A stretch of DNA of 64,000 bases from an uncultured candidate division Zixibacteria bacterium (lineage in GTDB: Bacteria; Zixibacteria; MSB-5A5; UBA10806): the NCBI GenBank assembly GCA_963801605.1, contig CAWDFP010000006.1:384001-448000 (forward strand), in the 5' to 3' direction. Of the stretch, positions 11,771 through 21,373 are shown one piece after another. The position numbers and the translations under genes are program-made. A model generated the notes under the pieces. That model was not told the DNA's origin and did no database searches. It saw only the letters and a program-made list of their open reading frames with translations. Numbering within the stretch: the stretch's first letter is position 1; every line of letters begins with the position of its first letter.

Positions 11771-11822
11771 TTGTGCTTTTTTTCACTTTCTTGTTGACAA
11801 TTACAGAGAGCGGCTATATCTT
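11771..11822 (+). promoter_or_regulatory. Sigma70 promoter of the malic enzyme gene with an upstream Rex-like box
   Basis: TTGTGCTTTTTTTCACTT (11771-11788), then TTGACA-17-TATCTT. Confidence 0.55.
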
Positions 11823-11894
11823 AAGCTCCATAATGAATAGCATTAGATTTAGTTCAACATCAACAAGGTTTGCTTTTTTTAAGGAGCTATAAAT

Positions 11895-13616
11895 ATGAAA
11901 CGTTTCGAAATGCGCGTCGATCCCCTCACGAACGAGATTTATTATGACGTTCATCTGACCGGACGCGCTCTTTTACAGGACCCCTTGCTTAATAAAGGTC
12001 ACGCCTTCCCGCATGATGAGCGCATGGAGTTCAATCTAATCGGCCTATTACCCGATTCGGTAGGATCATTTGAGGATCAAATCACTCGCGACTATGACAT
12101 CTTCAAATCAAATGCTACTGATTTGGATCGCTATGTCAACCTGGCCGCCTTGCGCGATCGCAATGAGACCATTTATTTCGCACTTCTTGCCCGTCATATC
12201 GAAGAAATGCTTCCCATAGTATATACTCCCACCGTTGGCCTGGCATGTTTGAAGCTTTCCCATATTCTTCGCCGCTATCGAGGAGTATACATCTCACCTA
12301 ATACGGTCAATTTCACCGAGCAGATGCTTCAAAATATCGGGTTGCCGAATATCTCGCTAATTGTAGTTACCGATGGCGAGCGTATCCTGGGATATGGCGA
12401 TCTCGGAGCTGACGGAATGGGAATTCCAATTGGGAAAATTGCACTATATATTGCGGCTGCCGGTATTCATCCGGCCTCAACTCTGCCGGTTTGCATCGAT
12501 GTTGGGACTAACAATGAACAACTCTTAAACGATCCGCTATATTTGGGTATTAAGAAGCGCAGACTACGCGGCGATGCTTACCATGAAGTTATCGAGCGCT
12601 TCATTCAAGGAGTTAAGCGCGTATTCCCCAGAGCTCTTTTACAATGGGAAGATTTCGGAAAAGAGCAAGCCTTTACACTCTTGGAACGCTATAAAAATCG
12701 CTTACCAAGTTTCAATGACGATATTCAGGGAACAGGCGCCGTGGCCGCTTCGGCACTACGGACAACATCCCGAATAAATGGCCGTCCCCTTTCACAAGAG
12801 CAAATCGTGATATACGGTTTCGGTCAGGCCGGAAGCGGAGTGGCCAATGCTATCGCTAATCAGATTTCCTCTGAAGAGGGGATTTCGATTGAGGAAGCCA
12901 GAAAACATATTTGGCCGGTCGATAAGGACGGGCTACTAATTGAGGGTATGAAACTGGAACCGTACCAGGTAAATTTCGCAAAGCCGCCAGATGCCATATG
13001 CGATTGGCCGGTTGATAAAACCGACTCTCCCGATTTGGCGGAAACAGTAAAATATTCCAAAGCTACGATCCTGATCGGTCTATCAGCCCAGGCGGGAGCA
13101 TTCAATAAAACACTCCTGGCAGAACTGGCCAGTCATTGTGCTCGCCCAGTGGTGTTAACACTTTCCAATCCAACATCGCGCTCTGAGGCCACTGCTGAAA
13201 CGGTAATGGAAGCCACGGGAGGAAAAGCCCTTATCGCCAGCGGCAGTCCGTTTCCGCCGGTTACTCGTCCCGATGGCAGCAAGATGCAGGTTTCCCAATG
13301 CAATAATCTTTATGTATTCCCGGGAATGGGACTGGGAGCCATTGTTTGTCAGGCAAGCCGAGTAACTCCTACTATGTTTGCCGCTGCCAGTCGGGCTATT
13401 TCGGAAATGGTTACTCAGTCGCAGATGAATGACGGTTATCTACTGCCACCTCTCACCGATGTACGCGATGTATCATATCATGTGGCGCTGGCAGTAGCCA
13501 AACAGGCTCGCGATGAAGGACTCGGCTTGATTGCATCCGATGAGAAACTTTCCGAGCTGGTTAAAAATGCCATGTGGATTCCTCGATACTATCCATATCG
13601 GAAAAGCAGAACGTAA
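11895..13616 (+). CDS. maeA: NAD-dependent malic enzyme
   Basis: PIVYTPTVG, VTDGERILG.GD.G, QWEDF, FNDDIQGTG, LSNPTS. Confidence 0.92.
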   Translation: MKRFEMRVDPLTNEIYYDVHLTGRALLQDPLLNKGHAFPHDERMEFNLIGLLPDSVGSFEDQITRDYDIFKSNATDLDRYVNLAALRDRNETIYFALLARHIEEMLPIVYTPTVGLACLKLSHILRRYRGVYISPNTVNFTEQMLQNIGLPNISLIVVTDGERILGYGDLGADGMGIPIGKIALYIAAAGIHPASTLPVCIDVGTNNEQLLNDPLYLGIKKRRLRGDAYHEVIERFIQGVKRVFPRALLQWEDFGKEQAFTLLERYKNRLPSFNDDIQGTGAVAASALRTTSRINGRPLSQEQIVIYGFGQAGSGVANAIANQISSEEGISIEEARKHIWPVDKDGLLIEGMKLEPYQVNFAKPPDAICDWPVDKTDSPDLAETVKYSKATILIGLSAQAGAFNKTLLAELASHCARPVVLTLSNPTSRSEATAETVMEATGGKALIASGSPFPPVTRPDGSKMQVSQCNNLYVFPGMGLGAIVCQASRVTPTMFAAASRAISEMVTQSQMNDGYLLPPLTDVRDVSYHVALAVAKQARDEGLGLIASDEKLSELVKNAMWIPRYYPYRKSRT

Positions 13617-13638
13617 AGGCTTTTCGTTAGTTAAATTT

Positions 13639-13677
13639 AATGGCGCCGACTCTTCTGTAAGTCGGCGCCATTTTTTT
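13639..13677 (+). terminator. Intrinsic terminator
   Basis: AATGGCGCCGAC-loop-GTCGGCGCCATT plus T run. Confidence 0.8.
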
Positions 13678-13724
13678 AAGGTCGAGATAATTCCGGAATT
13701 ACCCCGACCTCAGATAATCGGATT

Positions 13725-14109
13725 CTAACGAAGATTTGGCTGGCAGTCCGGGCAGGAATTAAGCAATGCTCCGCCCGCATAGAATGGAGCGGGTTCGGGG
13801 CACGTAGCACAACGGACAGCGGAGCGCCGCCCTTCCAATAGTTTACAAGAAATACAAGATCAATTCCATTGAAACTGCAATTGCCGTTAACATCACATGC
13901 GGGATTAACTCCGCATGAGCACCCCGGGATCGTCGGGATAGCAGATCCACCCTTAAAATAGTTTATGGCGTAAACCAGGTCAGCGAATGGGCTGGCATCG
14001 CCATTATAATTGATGTCCCCCGAAATGTAGACGCAATCCTGTGCTAATGCACCCGTGGTCAGGCCTAACAAACGCCCAGAATAATCAAACCGATACCGAT
14101 CGCCTTCAT
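13725..14109 (-). CDS. Small secreted protein consisting of a Cys-rich dockerin-like domain (two apparent indels)
   Basis: AGGAGG, then ATG at 14109 MKAIGIGLIILG..ALA|Q; GDINYNGD..DLVYAINYFKGG and CDVNGNCSFNGIDLVFLVNYWKGG; an alternative-frame tail CATCP..SCPDCQPNLR* matches the CPDC ending of the gene at 16443. Confidence 0.65.
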
Positions 14110-14419
14110 TCTTGCCTCCTGAAAAAGAGGATTAAACTGACAACTAAGATTATTACTGCGTTACAAATGCGATTAAGATGCAATCTTAATAATGTATTAA
14201 GAGTCTCTGTTTGCCAAGATAAATTCCCAATATTAATTAACACACGCCCCGGAACCCGGCCTCATTAATAGTTGTTATAATTATTACTATTAGAGACAGA
14301 GAGGTCAACAACGGCCATAAACAAATATCGTTCTTTAAGATAACACAATTCTATGATCTAAACTCAAGCGCGGCTTTCATGACGGCGCGCTATCAATCTG
14401 AAGGGATGGTGAACCATCA

Positions 14420-16390
14420 ATGTTAGAGGATTTAAAGATAGATACGGCTCTGGAAACTGTTCTTAACGAGGCACGCGAATTCCGTCCGCCGGAGGATTTC
14501 CAGAAAGATGCCCTGATCGGATCGAAAGAGGAATATTTATCGCTTTATCATGAAAGTCTTAATCAACCGGAGAAATTTTGGGCCAGGATGGCGGAGGAGC
14601 TATTCTGGTTTAAGAAATGGGATAAGGTTTTAAACGAGGATGAAGCTCCCTTTTATAAATGGTTCGAGAACGGGAAAACTAATATTAGCTATAACTGCCT
14701 CGACCGTCATCTTACATCGGATAAACGCAACAAGGCCGCTATTATATGGGAAGGCGAACCCGGAGACCAACGCGTCTTAACCTATTGGGATCTGGCCCGC
14801 GAAGTCAAAAAGTTTGCTCGCGCCTTAATATCGCTTGGTGTAAAAAAGGGCGATCGGGTGGCAATTTATCTTCCAATGATTCCTGAGCTTGTTATAAGTA
14901 TGCTGGCTTGCGCCAGGATCGGCGCGATCCATACGGTGATTTTTGCAGGATTCAGTGCCGAATCGATCCGCGACCGAGTCATTGATAGCCAGGCCAGATT
15001 AGTTATCACTGCCGACGGGTCATGGCGGCGCGGCAATGTCCTACCGTTAAAAAGTATGGTCGATGAGGCGATTGAAGGCCTGGAATTTGTAAAGGATGTT
15101 ATCATTGTCCAACGTAATATCGGAACAAGCTTTCCTCTTCATATACACGAGGGTCGTGACAGATGGTATCATCGTCTCATGGAAAACGCTTCGGCCGATT
15201 GCCCGGCGGCGGAACTGGATGCCGAGGACATGTTATTCCTCCTTTATACCAGCGGAACCACGGGCAAACCCAAAGGGATAATTCATACCACGGGCGGCTA
15301 CATGGTTTATACTTATGTGACATCAAAATACGTCTTCAATCTTAAGCCCGAAGATGTTTTCTGGTGCACCGCCGATATCGGCTGGGTAACCGGGCACAGC
15401 TATGTAGTCTATGGACCCCTGGCTAATGGCGCCACAGTGCTTATGTACGAAGGCGCTCCCGATTGGCCGGATCGAGGCCGGATGTGGGAGATGATCGAAC
15501 GTTACGGAGTTACTAAATTTTACACGGCGCCAACCGCTATCAGGGCATTCATGAGATGGCGCAGCAAGTGGCCGAAAAAGTATGATCTCTCATCGTTAAA
15601 ACTTCTGGGCACTGTCGGCGAGCCGATCAATCCTGAAGCCTGGATTTGGTACCATAAGACTATCGGAGGGGAACGTTGCCCTATAGTCGATACCTGGTGG
15701 CAGACCGAAACCGGTGGTATCATGATAACGCCTTTGCCGGGAGTTACCACTACCAAACCCGGCAGCGCTACTTTGCCGTTTTTCGGAGTTGACGCCGCGG
15801 TATTAACCGAAGATGGTCATGAAACCGATGCGGGCTATCTTGCGATTAAACGTCCCTGGCCCGGAATGCTTCGTGGAATTTATGGCGATCCCGAACGTTA
15901 TAAAAACACCTACTGGTCAAAATGGCCCGGCATTTATTTCCCGGGCGATGGAGCCAAAAAAGATAAGGACGGTTATTTCTGGATTCTTGGGCGTGTCGAT
16001 GATGTGGTCAATGTTGCGGGACATCGGATAGGAACAGCCGAGCTGGAGAGCGTCTTCGTAGAGCATCCCGCAGTAGCAGAATCGGCGGTAATCGGGGTTA
16101 GCCATAGTCTTAAAGGACAGGCGATGGTAGCGTTCATTAATTTAAGAGACGGTTACGCGGCCGACCGCGAACTTGAGGATGAGCTTACCAAGTGGATTGG
16201 TAAAAAAATCGGCAAGTTCGCCCAACCGGAGCGAATTATCTTTTCAGCAGATTTACCCAAAACCCGAAGCGGCAAAATCATGCGTCGACTGCTGCGCGAT
16301 ATTGCCGAGGGTAATGTACTTGGCAATGTAACAACCTTAGCCGACCCAACTGTAGTAGAGGCGTTGAAAGATAAGTACGACGAAAGCTGA
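14420..16390 (+). CDS. acs: Acetyl-CoA synthetase (AMP-forming)
   Basis: [44 protein letters not shown]. Confidence 0.96.
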   Translation: MLEDLKIDTALETVLNEAREFRPPEDFQKDALIGSKEEYLSLYHESLNQPEKFWARMAEELFWFKKWDKVLNEDEAPFYKWFENGKTNISYNCLDRHLTSDKRNKAAIIWEGEPGDQRVLTYWDLAREVKKFARALISLGVKKGDRVAIYLPMIPELVISMLACARIGAIHTVIFAGFSAESIRDRVIDSQARLVITADGSWRRGNVLPLKSMVDEAIEGLEFVKDVIIVQRNIGTSFPLHIHEGRDRWYHRLMENASADCPAAELDAEDMLFLLYTSGTTGKPKGIIHTTGGYMVYTYVTSKYVFNLKPEDVFWCTADIGWVTGHSYVVYGPLANGATVLMYEGAPDWPDRGRMWEMIERYGVTKFYTAPTAIRAFMRWRSKWPKKYDLSSLKLLGTVGEPINPEAWIWYHKTIGGERCPIVDTWWQTETGGIMITPLPGVTTTKPGSATLPFFGVDAAVLTEDGHETDAGYLAIKRPWPGMLRGIYGDPERYKNTYWSKWPGIYFPGDGAKKDKDGYFWILGRVDDVVNVAGHRIGTAELESVFVEHPAVAESAVIGVSHSLKGQAMVAFINLRDGYAADRELEDELTKWIGKKIGKFAQPERIIFSADLPKTRSGKIMRRLLRDIAEGNVLGNVTTLADPTVVEALKDKYDES

Positions 16391-16402
16391 GGAGTTAAAA
16401 TC

Positions 16403-16444
16403 AAAATGGCGCCGGTTTGAAATCCATGCGCCATTTTTATTTTT
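16403..16444. terminator. Bidirectional intrinsic terminator
   Basis: AAAATGGCGC..GCGCCATTTTTATTTT between convergent genes. Confidence 0.65.
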
Positions 16445-19004
16445 ACGGGCAATCGGGACAAACTTGCGGCGGTGAGCCGAAACCTTTGAAAAAGATAACG
16501 CCGTAGGTGATATCGAGGCCGTTGAAAACGCAATCCCCGTTAGCATCCGCAGCCGCACGAACCCAACCGCGTGTCCCGCAGTCACAGGAATCAGGTGGAA
16601 TCTCTCCGATCCCCTTGAGATAGTTTACTCCAAAAACGATATCGACTCCATTATATTGACGGGAGCCATTGGCATCACCGGGAGTGATGTTACACGGCGG
16701 GCCTTCAAGCTGATTGAGATCGTAAGTGTACATAGAACGCCCATGTGTTCCCGAAACCAGTTTCCTGGTGCCATTGTGCAAATCGATATCGAAGACCGGG
16801 CAAATAGGATGATTATCTCCCAGAACACGCCAGAGCTCACCGCCATTCTGAGTATAATATACTCCGAAATCGGTGCCGACATATAGCCGTCCGGGATGCG
16901 CCGGATCGGGGAGTACATCGTTAATGGGAATTCCCGCCAGGTTTCCGCTGATATCGCTCCAGTTTACACCTCGGTTTGTGGTTTTAAATATATGAGGCAT
17001 GAGATCGCCTTCGTGGTAACCGGAAAATGTTACATAAGCGGTTGACGAATCAAAAACATCGGCGGTCACCCGCGTGCACCAGCGATCAGGCAAAGCGCTG
17101 GAGACATTGGACCAGTTAGCGCCGCCATTTCTGGTAATCCAAACTCTGGAATCATCAGTACCAACCCATATAATATTAGGCGAAAGCGGCGATTGACTGA
17201 TAGTGGTTATTGTCCCGAAGACGAGATTTCCTCCACCGGGCCCACCAGTTAAATCGAGGCTGACATGATTCCACATCCCGCCGCCGTTCACAGTTTTATA
17301 TAACCGTTGTGCCCCGTAAAAAAGAATCTGGCTATTGAATGGGCTCATCACAACGGGCGTACACCAGTTGACTCGCTCAGTGCCATCGATACCATCGAGG
17401 ATTATATTCCAGGAGCCGCCCAGATTTGTCGATTTAGCCAGATAGCCGTACTGCGATTCGGAATAAACGATATTGGAATTGGTAAAATCGATTGCCGCGT
17501 AGAAACCATCGCCGCCAAATATTACATCCCAATTATCGGGAGCGCCGGTTAGGGTGCGGGGCGTACTGTTATCCTGAGTACCCCCGTATAGACGCTGAGG
17601 GGTATGTGAATCTATGGTTATTGCATAAAACTGGGTTATAGGCAGATCGTAGCATTTAGTCCAAAGCGAACCGCCATCGAGCGATTTGAAGATACCGCCA
17701 TCGTTTCCGCAAAAAACCAGGTTAGGGTTTGCAGGGTCTTGCACCCAGGCGTGTTGATCGACATGCATTATACCGGTAATGTCGCTCCAATGCGCCGCGC
17801 CATCAGTACTCTTCCACATATATACGTCACCGAAATAAACCTGATCGGCATTTGTTGGATTAACCCAGATTCGTCCAAAATACCAACCGAATCCGGAAAA
17901 GGATCCTGCCGATGGCGAGACCAGCCTCGATGTCCAGGTTGTACCGCCATTCGTCGTTCGCCAGAAGCCGATCAAATTGCCGGGATTATCACTATAGCTG
18001 GCGTAAACAATGTTGGGATTACCCGGAGCAATTGCCAACCCGATACGACCGATATCTGGCGCCGATCCGGGCAAGCCGCTGGTCAGCTGATTCCAGGTAT
18101 CACCGCCATCGGTTGATTTCCAGATGCCGCTGGTTAGGCCGCCGACTCTGCGGTAGATCGGGCTCCTGATTCGCTCCCACATTGCGGCATAAACTATGTT
18201 TGGATTAGTGGGATTAATAGCTACATCGATTCCCGATGTTGAATCGCTGACAAACAAGACTCGTTCCCAGGTAGCGCCGGCATCAGTTGTGCGGTAGATA
18301 CCGCGCTCCGGGTTTGTTCCGAAAAGGGTACCTGTAGCCGCTACGAATATCCGGTTGGAGTTAGTGCGGTCGATAGCAATTCGGCCGATATGACGCGATT
18401 CAGGCAGGCCCAGGAACTCCCAGGTAGTTCCGGCATCCGTGGTGCGGTAAACACCGGTCCCCTCATATGAATCGCCGCTGGAATTAGCTTCGCCCGTTCC
18501 GAAATAGAGTTTGTTGGGATCGTTGGGATCGAGCGCTATATCTCCCACAGAAAGGCTGGGGACAGCGTCAGAGATTGGCAGCCAGGTGAGGCCGCTATTG
18601 GTTGATTTGAAAACTCCGCCCAGCGCGGCGCCTCCATAAACGATATCCGGGTTAGTTGGATCTAACGCCATCGCTGTAACTCGTCCGCCGACGTTCGTTG
18701 GCCCGGACATGGTCCAGGTGCCAACAGCCAGGCTGGCGGTTTGGTTGTGCAATTCTTTGGCTTTGGCAACTGCGCTTTTATAAGCCTCAAAGGGGATATT
18801 GCTATATGGGTAGGCGCGTGAGATGGTGAACCATTCTGATGGTTTGAAACTGGTGTCGCGTTTGTGACCGCTCTCTTTGGAGCGTTCAAACCTTTCTTCT
18901 TCTCCTCCGGCTCGTTCGAGTTTTTCCGGACGAGGAATCCAGAGATAGGCGAAAAGCGCTAAAGTCGCCAGGACGACTGCACCAATGACAATTCTTGTTT
19001 TCAT
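16443..19004 (-). CDS. Secreted BNR/Asp-box (VPS10/GH74-like) beta-propeller protein with C-terminal dockerin-like domain
   Basis: Many S/TxDxGxTW repeats, GTQDN, GGDGF; C-terminal GDANG..NGVD / DANGDC.FNGLD..CPDCP; N-terminal signal/TM. Confidence 0.85.
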   Translation of the reverse strand: MKTRIVIGAVVLATLALFAYLWIPRPEKLERAGGEEERFERSKESGHKRDTSFKPSEWFTISRAYPYSNIPFEAYKSAVAKAKELHNQTASLAVGTWTMSGPTNVGGRVTAMALDPTNPDIVYGGAALGGVFKSTNSGLTWLPISDAVPSLSVGDIALDPNDPNKLYFGTGEANSSGDSYEGTGVYRTTDAGTTWEFLGLPESRHIGRIAIDRTNSNRIFVAATGTLFGTNPERGIYRTTDAGATWERVLFVSDSTSGIDVAINPTNPNIVYAAMWERIRSPIYRRVGGLTSGIWKSTDGGDTWNQLTSGLPGSAPDIGRIGLAIAPGNPNIVYASYSDNPGNLIGFWRTTNGGTTWTSRLVSPSAGSFSGFGWYFGRIWVNPTNADQVYFGDVYMWKSTDGAAHWSDITGIMHVDQHAWVQDPANPNLVFCGNDGGIFKSLDGGSLWTKCYDLPITQFYAITIDSHTPQRLYGGTQDNSTPRTLTGAPDNWDVIFGGDGFYAAIDFTNSNIVYSESQYGYLAKSTNLGGSWNIILDGIDGTERVNWCTPVVMSPFNSQILFYGAQRLYKTVNGGGMWNHVSLDLTGGPGGGNLVFGTITTISQSPLSPNIIWVGTDDSRVWITRNGGANWSNVSSALPDRWCTRVTADVFDSSTAYVTFSGYHEGDLMPHIFKTTNRGVNWSDISGNLAGIPINDVLPDPAHPGRLYVGTDFGVYYTQNGGELWRVLGDNHPICPVFDIDLHNGTRKLVSGTHGRSMYTYDLNQLEGPPCNITPGDANGSRQYNGVDIVFGVNYLKGIGEIPPDSCDCGTRGWVRAAADANGDCVFNGLDITYGVIFFKGFGSPPQVCPDCP

Positions 19005-19158
19005 CTTTGAATCTCCCGTAAAGGTCAGCCCACCATCAAGAATAGATAGCACCTGATTAGTAAATATATATCAAAAAAAGGGATGAACAAAGGAGATTCG
19101 TCAGTGCTGAGCGATGAGCGAAGAGGACCGGGTAGTTTTTCTTTCTTTTGCCCAGTCT

Positions 19159-19939
19159 TTAGTCCAGCGTTAGGTTTTCTTTGAGATTTCGAAGTACATA
19201 CGCCCAGGCTTTATCGAAATAGTCATAGAGGCTGTCCCACTCGGGGCCGATTCCCCAACCGAGTTGAGAAAGCGTCACGCGGACTTCGCGCTCATTTATT
19301 TCTGCAAATTGAATGATAACAATCGTGCGCTTATCTCGAAGTTCGCCGAATTCGGCGGGGCATTCCATTCGAAAGAAAGCATAGTCATGGGAAGGAAACT
19401 CAGAATACGGCAATCCTCGCTGCCCTGCTCGCCGTAAGGGCGGTCCATCAGAAATAGCACCTCGAATTTGCCGCCCAGCTTCGAAGTTCGATATTGGCAT
19501 GATCGGAAAAGAAGGATTTGATACCGTCGGTTGTGGTCCAGGCGTTCCAGACATCGAATAGTGCGGCGGTTACAACGGTTTCGGTACGGAGGATGCGATC
19601 TGACGGCTCTTTGACATAGCGCTCCGGATCGGGGATTTCGGCGATGAACGACGCGCGCATGGGCTGGAGTTCATAAGTCATCAGGCCGGACGTGACGGAG
19701 GGATCATTATTCATAATCTCTTCGGCATCCTCTTTTTTCTCGACGTTGAGAATGGCCAGCCCGAATACGGGATCGAAACATGGCCCCGCGACGAGGACCT
19801 TTTTCTGACGAACCAGCCTTTTCAGATACTCGGCATGTTCCGACATGAGCTTTTCCTCATCTGGAGTCATATCGTACGGCCACGTAGGCCGCGGGCCGAT
19901 TAGGCGGGCGAGGAAGTGGGGGAGGGACGGGGTGGGCAT
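19159..19939 (-). CDS. YciI-like plus SRPBCC (START-like) fusion protein with apparent indels
   Basis: YciI: MSEHAEYL..LVAGP..DPSVTSG; SRPBCC: VWNAWTT.DG..FF, then GGKFEV..SFEWNAP..YFDKAWAYVL.NL spread over adjacent frames. Confidence 0.7.
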
Positions 19940-20612
19940 GGGTGTCTCCTTGTGTTGATGTTCCATACAAACAGCCATAATTTATATTTGGTTCTTTTGA
20001 AATGCTATACTATAATAAATTTAGATATGAAAGATGATATTTTGACTTATAGAGAACTTTGCGATAAAGAAAATGTTCAAACAATTCAGCGAGGTATGAA
20101 TTTTCGTATAAATAATAAATATTCAGTAATTTTAATGTCTCAAAGGGGAAACGCCCCGTATAAGGACAGGATTCTTGATGATGGATTTACGGTTGAATAT
20201 GAAGGACATGATACTCCAAAGACGGAATTAACTCCTGAACCTAAAACAATTGATCAACCCGAAAAGACGAAATCCGGTACCCTTACACAAAATGGGTTGT
20301 TTATCAAAGCCGCTCGGGAGCATAAATTAACAGGGAAATTTGAACTCGTTAGAATTTACGAAAAGATATTTAGCGGCGTATGGTCAGATAAAGGATTCTT
20401 TAAGTTGATTGACTATAAAATTATTAATGATGGAAAAAGAAACTTATATAGATTTTTGCTTGTAAGTATAAATCCAGAGGAAATTCCCAATTCAAATGAA
20501 CAAATATCTAAATACAATAGATCCAGAATAATACCCACCGAAATAAAAAAGGAAGTATGGGACAGGGATAAGGGCCGATGTGTAATATGTGGCGCAAAAG
20601 ACGAATTGCATT

Positions 20613-21183
20613 TTGATCACGACCTCCATATGCAAAACCGCCTATAATAAGTATATCAGCTAATAGTTCCCAATCAACGCCAACCTGCCCAATTAAAATT
20701 GGGGATGATGGCTGTGAAATATCAACTACTTGAAAGTAGCTGTGTAACCAATTTGTGCCGGTATAATAACTTGTAAGATAAGCGTAGTTGCCGCTTACAG
20801 TAACTCCTATGCACTTATGCGAATCTATTCTAGGAAAATTGCTTTCAAAATGCGGATTTGAAGAATCAGAAATATCAATTATTCTCAGCCCATAATCACC
20901 ATTAGCAAAATAAGCATAATTCCCCTGTATACAAAGAGATTTATTGCCGTATCCAAATCCATAAGAATTGGGTATCGGCAATAATGAAAGGCGGGAAGGA
21001 TTCAACGGATCGCTTAAGTTAAGAATTTGTAATCCTGAATCTGGGTCAATTGTATAAGCAAGATGACCAGAAATAATAATTTGCCTTACTCGCGTATCAT
21101 AGTGTCCCACTATGGCAGGATTCAGGGGAAGCCATTATGAGATAGAGCAAGAACTATTGGGGATTCAATTGATCACGACCTCC
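20613..21183 (+). repeat. 15-bp direct repeat TTGATCACGACCTCC (20613-20627 and 21169-21183) bounding the insert
   Basis: Identical 15-mers read directly from the sequence. Confidence 0.9.
20628..21139 (-). pseudogene. Internal fragment of an LVIVD-repeat (beta-propeller) gene
   Basis: About three repeats: GHLAY..GLQILNLSDPLNP, GNYAY..GLRIIDISDSSNP, GNYAY..QVVDISQPSSP; no signal peptide or own terminus. Confidence 0.75.
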
Positions 21184-21273
21184 CATACTCAAAAGGTGGA
21201 ACAAGTATATCTCCCGCCAATGTGCGAATACTATGCGCACGGCATAATTTGCAAAAATCCGATAAAATAGAAT

Positions 21274-21301
21274 AAAAACCGGGGTCCGCAGGGGACCCCG
21301 G
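21274..21301 (-). terminator. glnA intrinsic terminator
   Basis: CCGGGGTCC/GGACCCCGG stem with a T run on the minus strand. Confidence 0.75.
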
Positions 21302-21312
21302 CTACAAATCTG

Positions 21313-21362
21313 CAAGCCTCTTCGAGGCTTGATGTCAGGTACCCTGAGGCGTCTTGACCTAC
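21313..21362 (-). repeat. REP-like GTAG-hairpin element
   Basis: Minus strand GTAG-GTCAAG..CCTGAC, followed by the CAAGCCTC-GAA-GAGGCTTG hairpin. Confidence 0.45.
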
Positions 21363-21373
21363 GAAAAACAAAT

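Larger units (their letters stand above)
20027..21275 (+). pseudogene. SRA/PUA-like plus HNH endonuclease gene interrupted by a 556-bp insert
   Basis: 5' part ends ..RDKGRCVICGAKDELHFDHDL; 3' part from 21171 reads DHDLPYSKGGTSISPANVRILCARHNLQKSDKIE*, completing the HNH motif. Confidence 0.85.

Noticed and set aside
16700..18720. Repeats as a CRISPR array or DGR template/variable pair
   Set aside because: Only degenerate protein-level Asp-box repeats; no cas or reverse transcriptase gene in the window.
19916..20026. N-terminal extension of the HNH ORF from 19916
   Set aside because: Overlaps the divergent gene start and AT-rich promoter DNA; ATG 20027 is more plausible.
20628..21168. Insert as an IS/MITE or a group I/II intron
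   Set aside because: No transposase, terminal inverted repeats or recognisable intron boundaries; it is LVIVD coding sequence.
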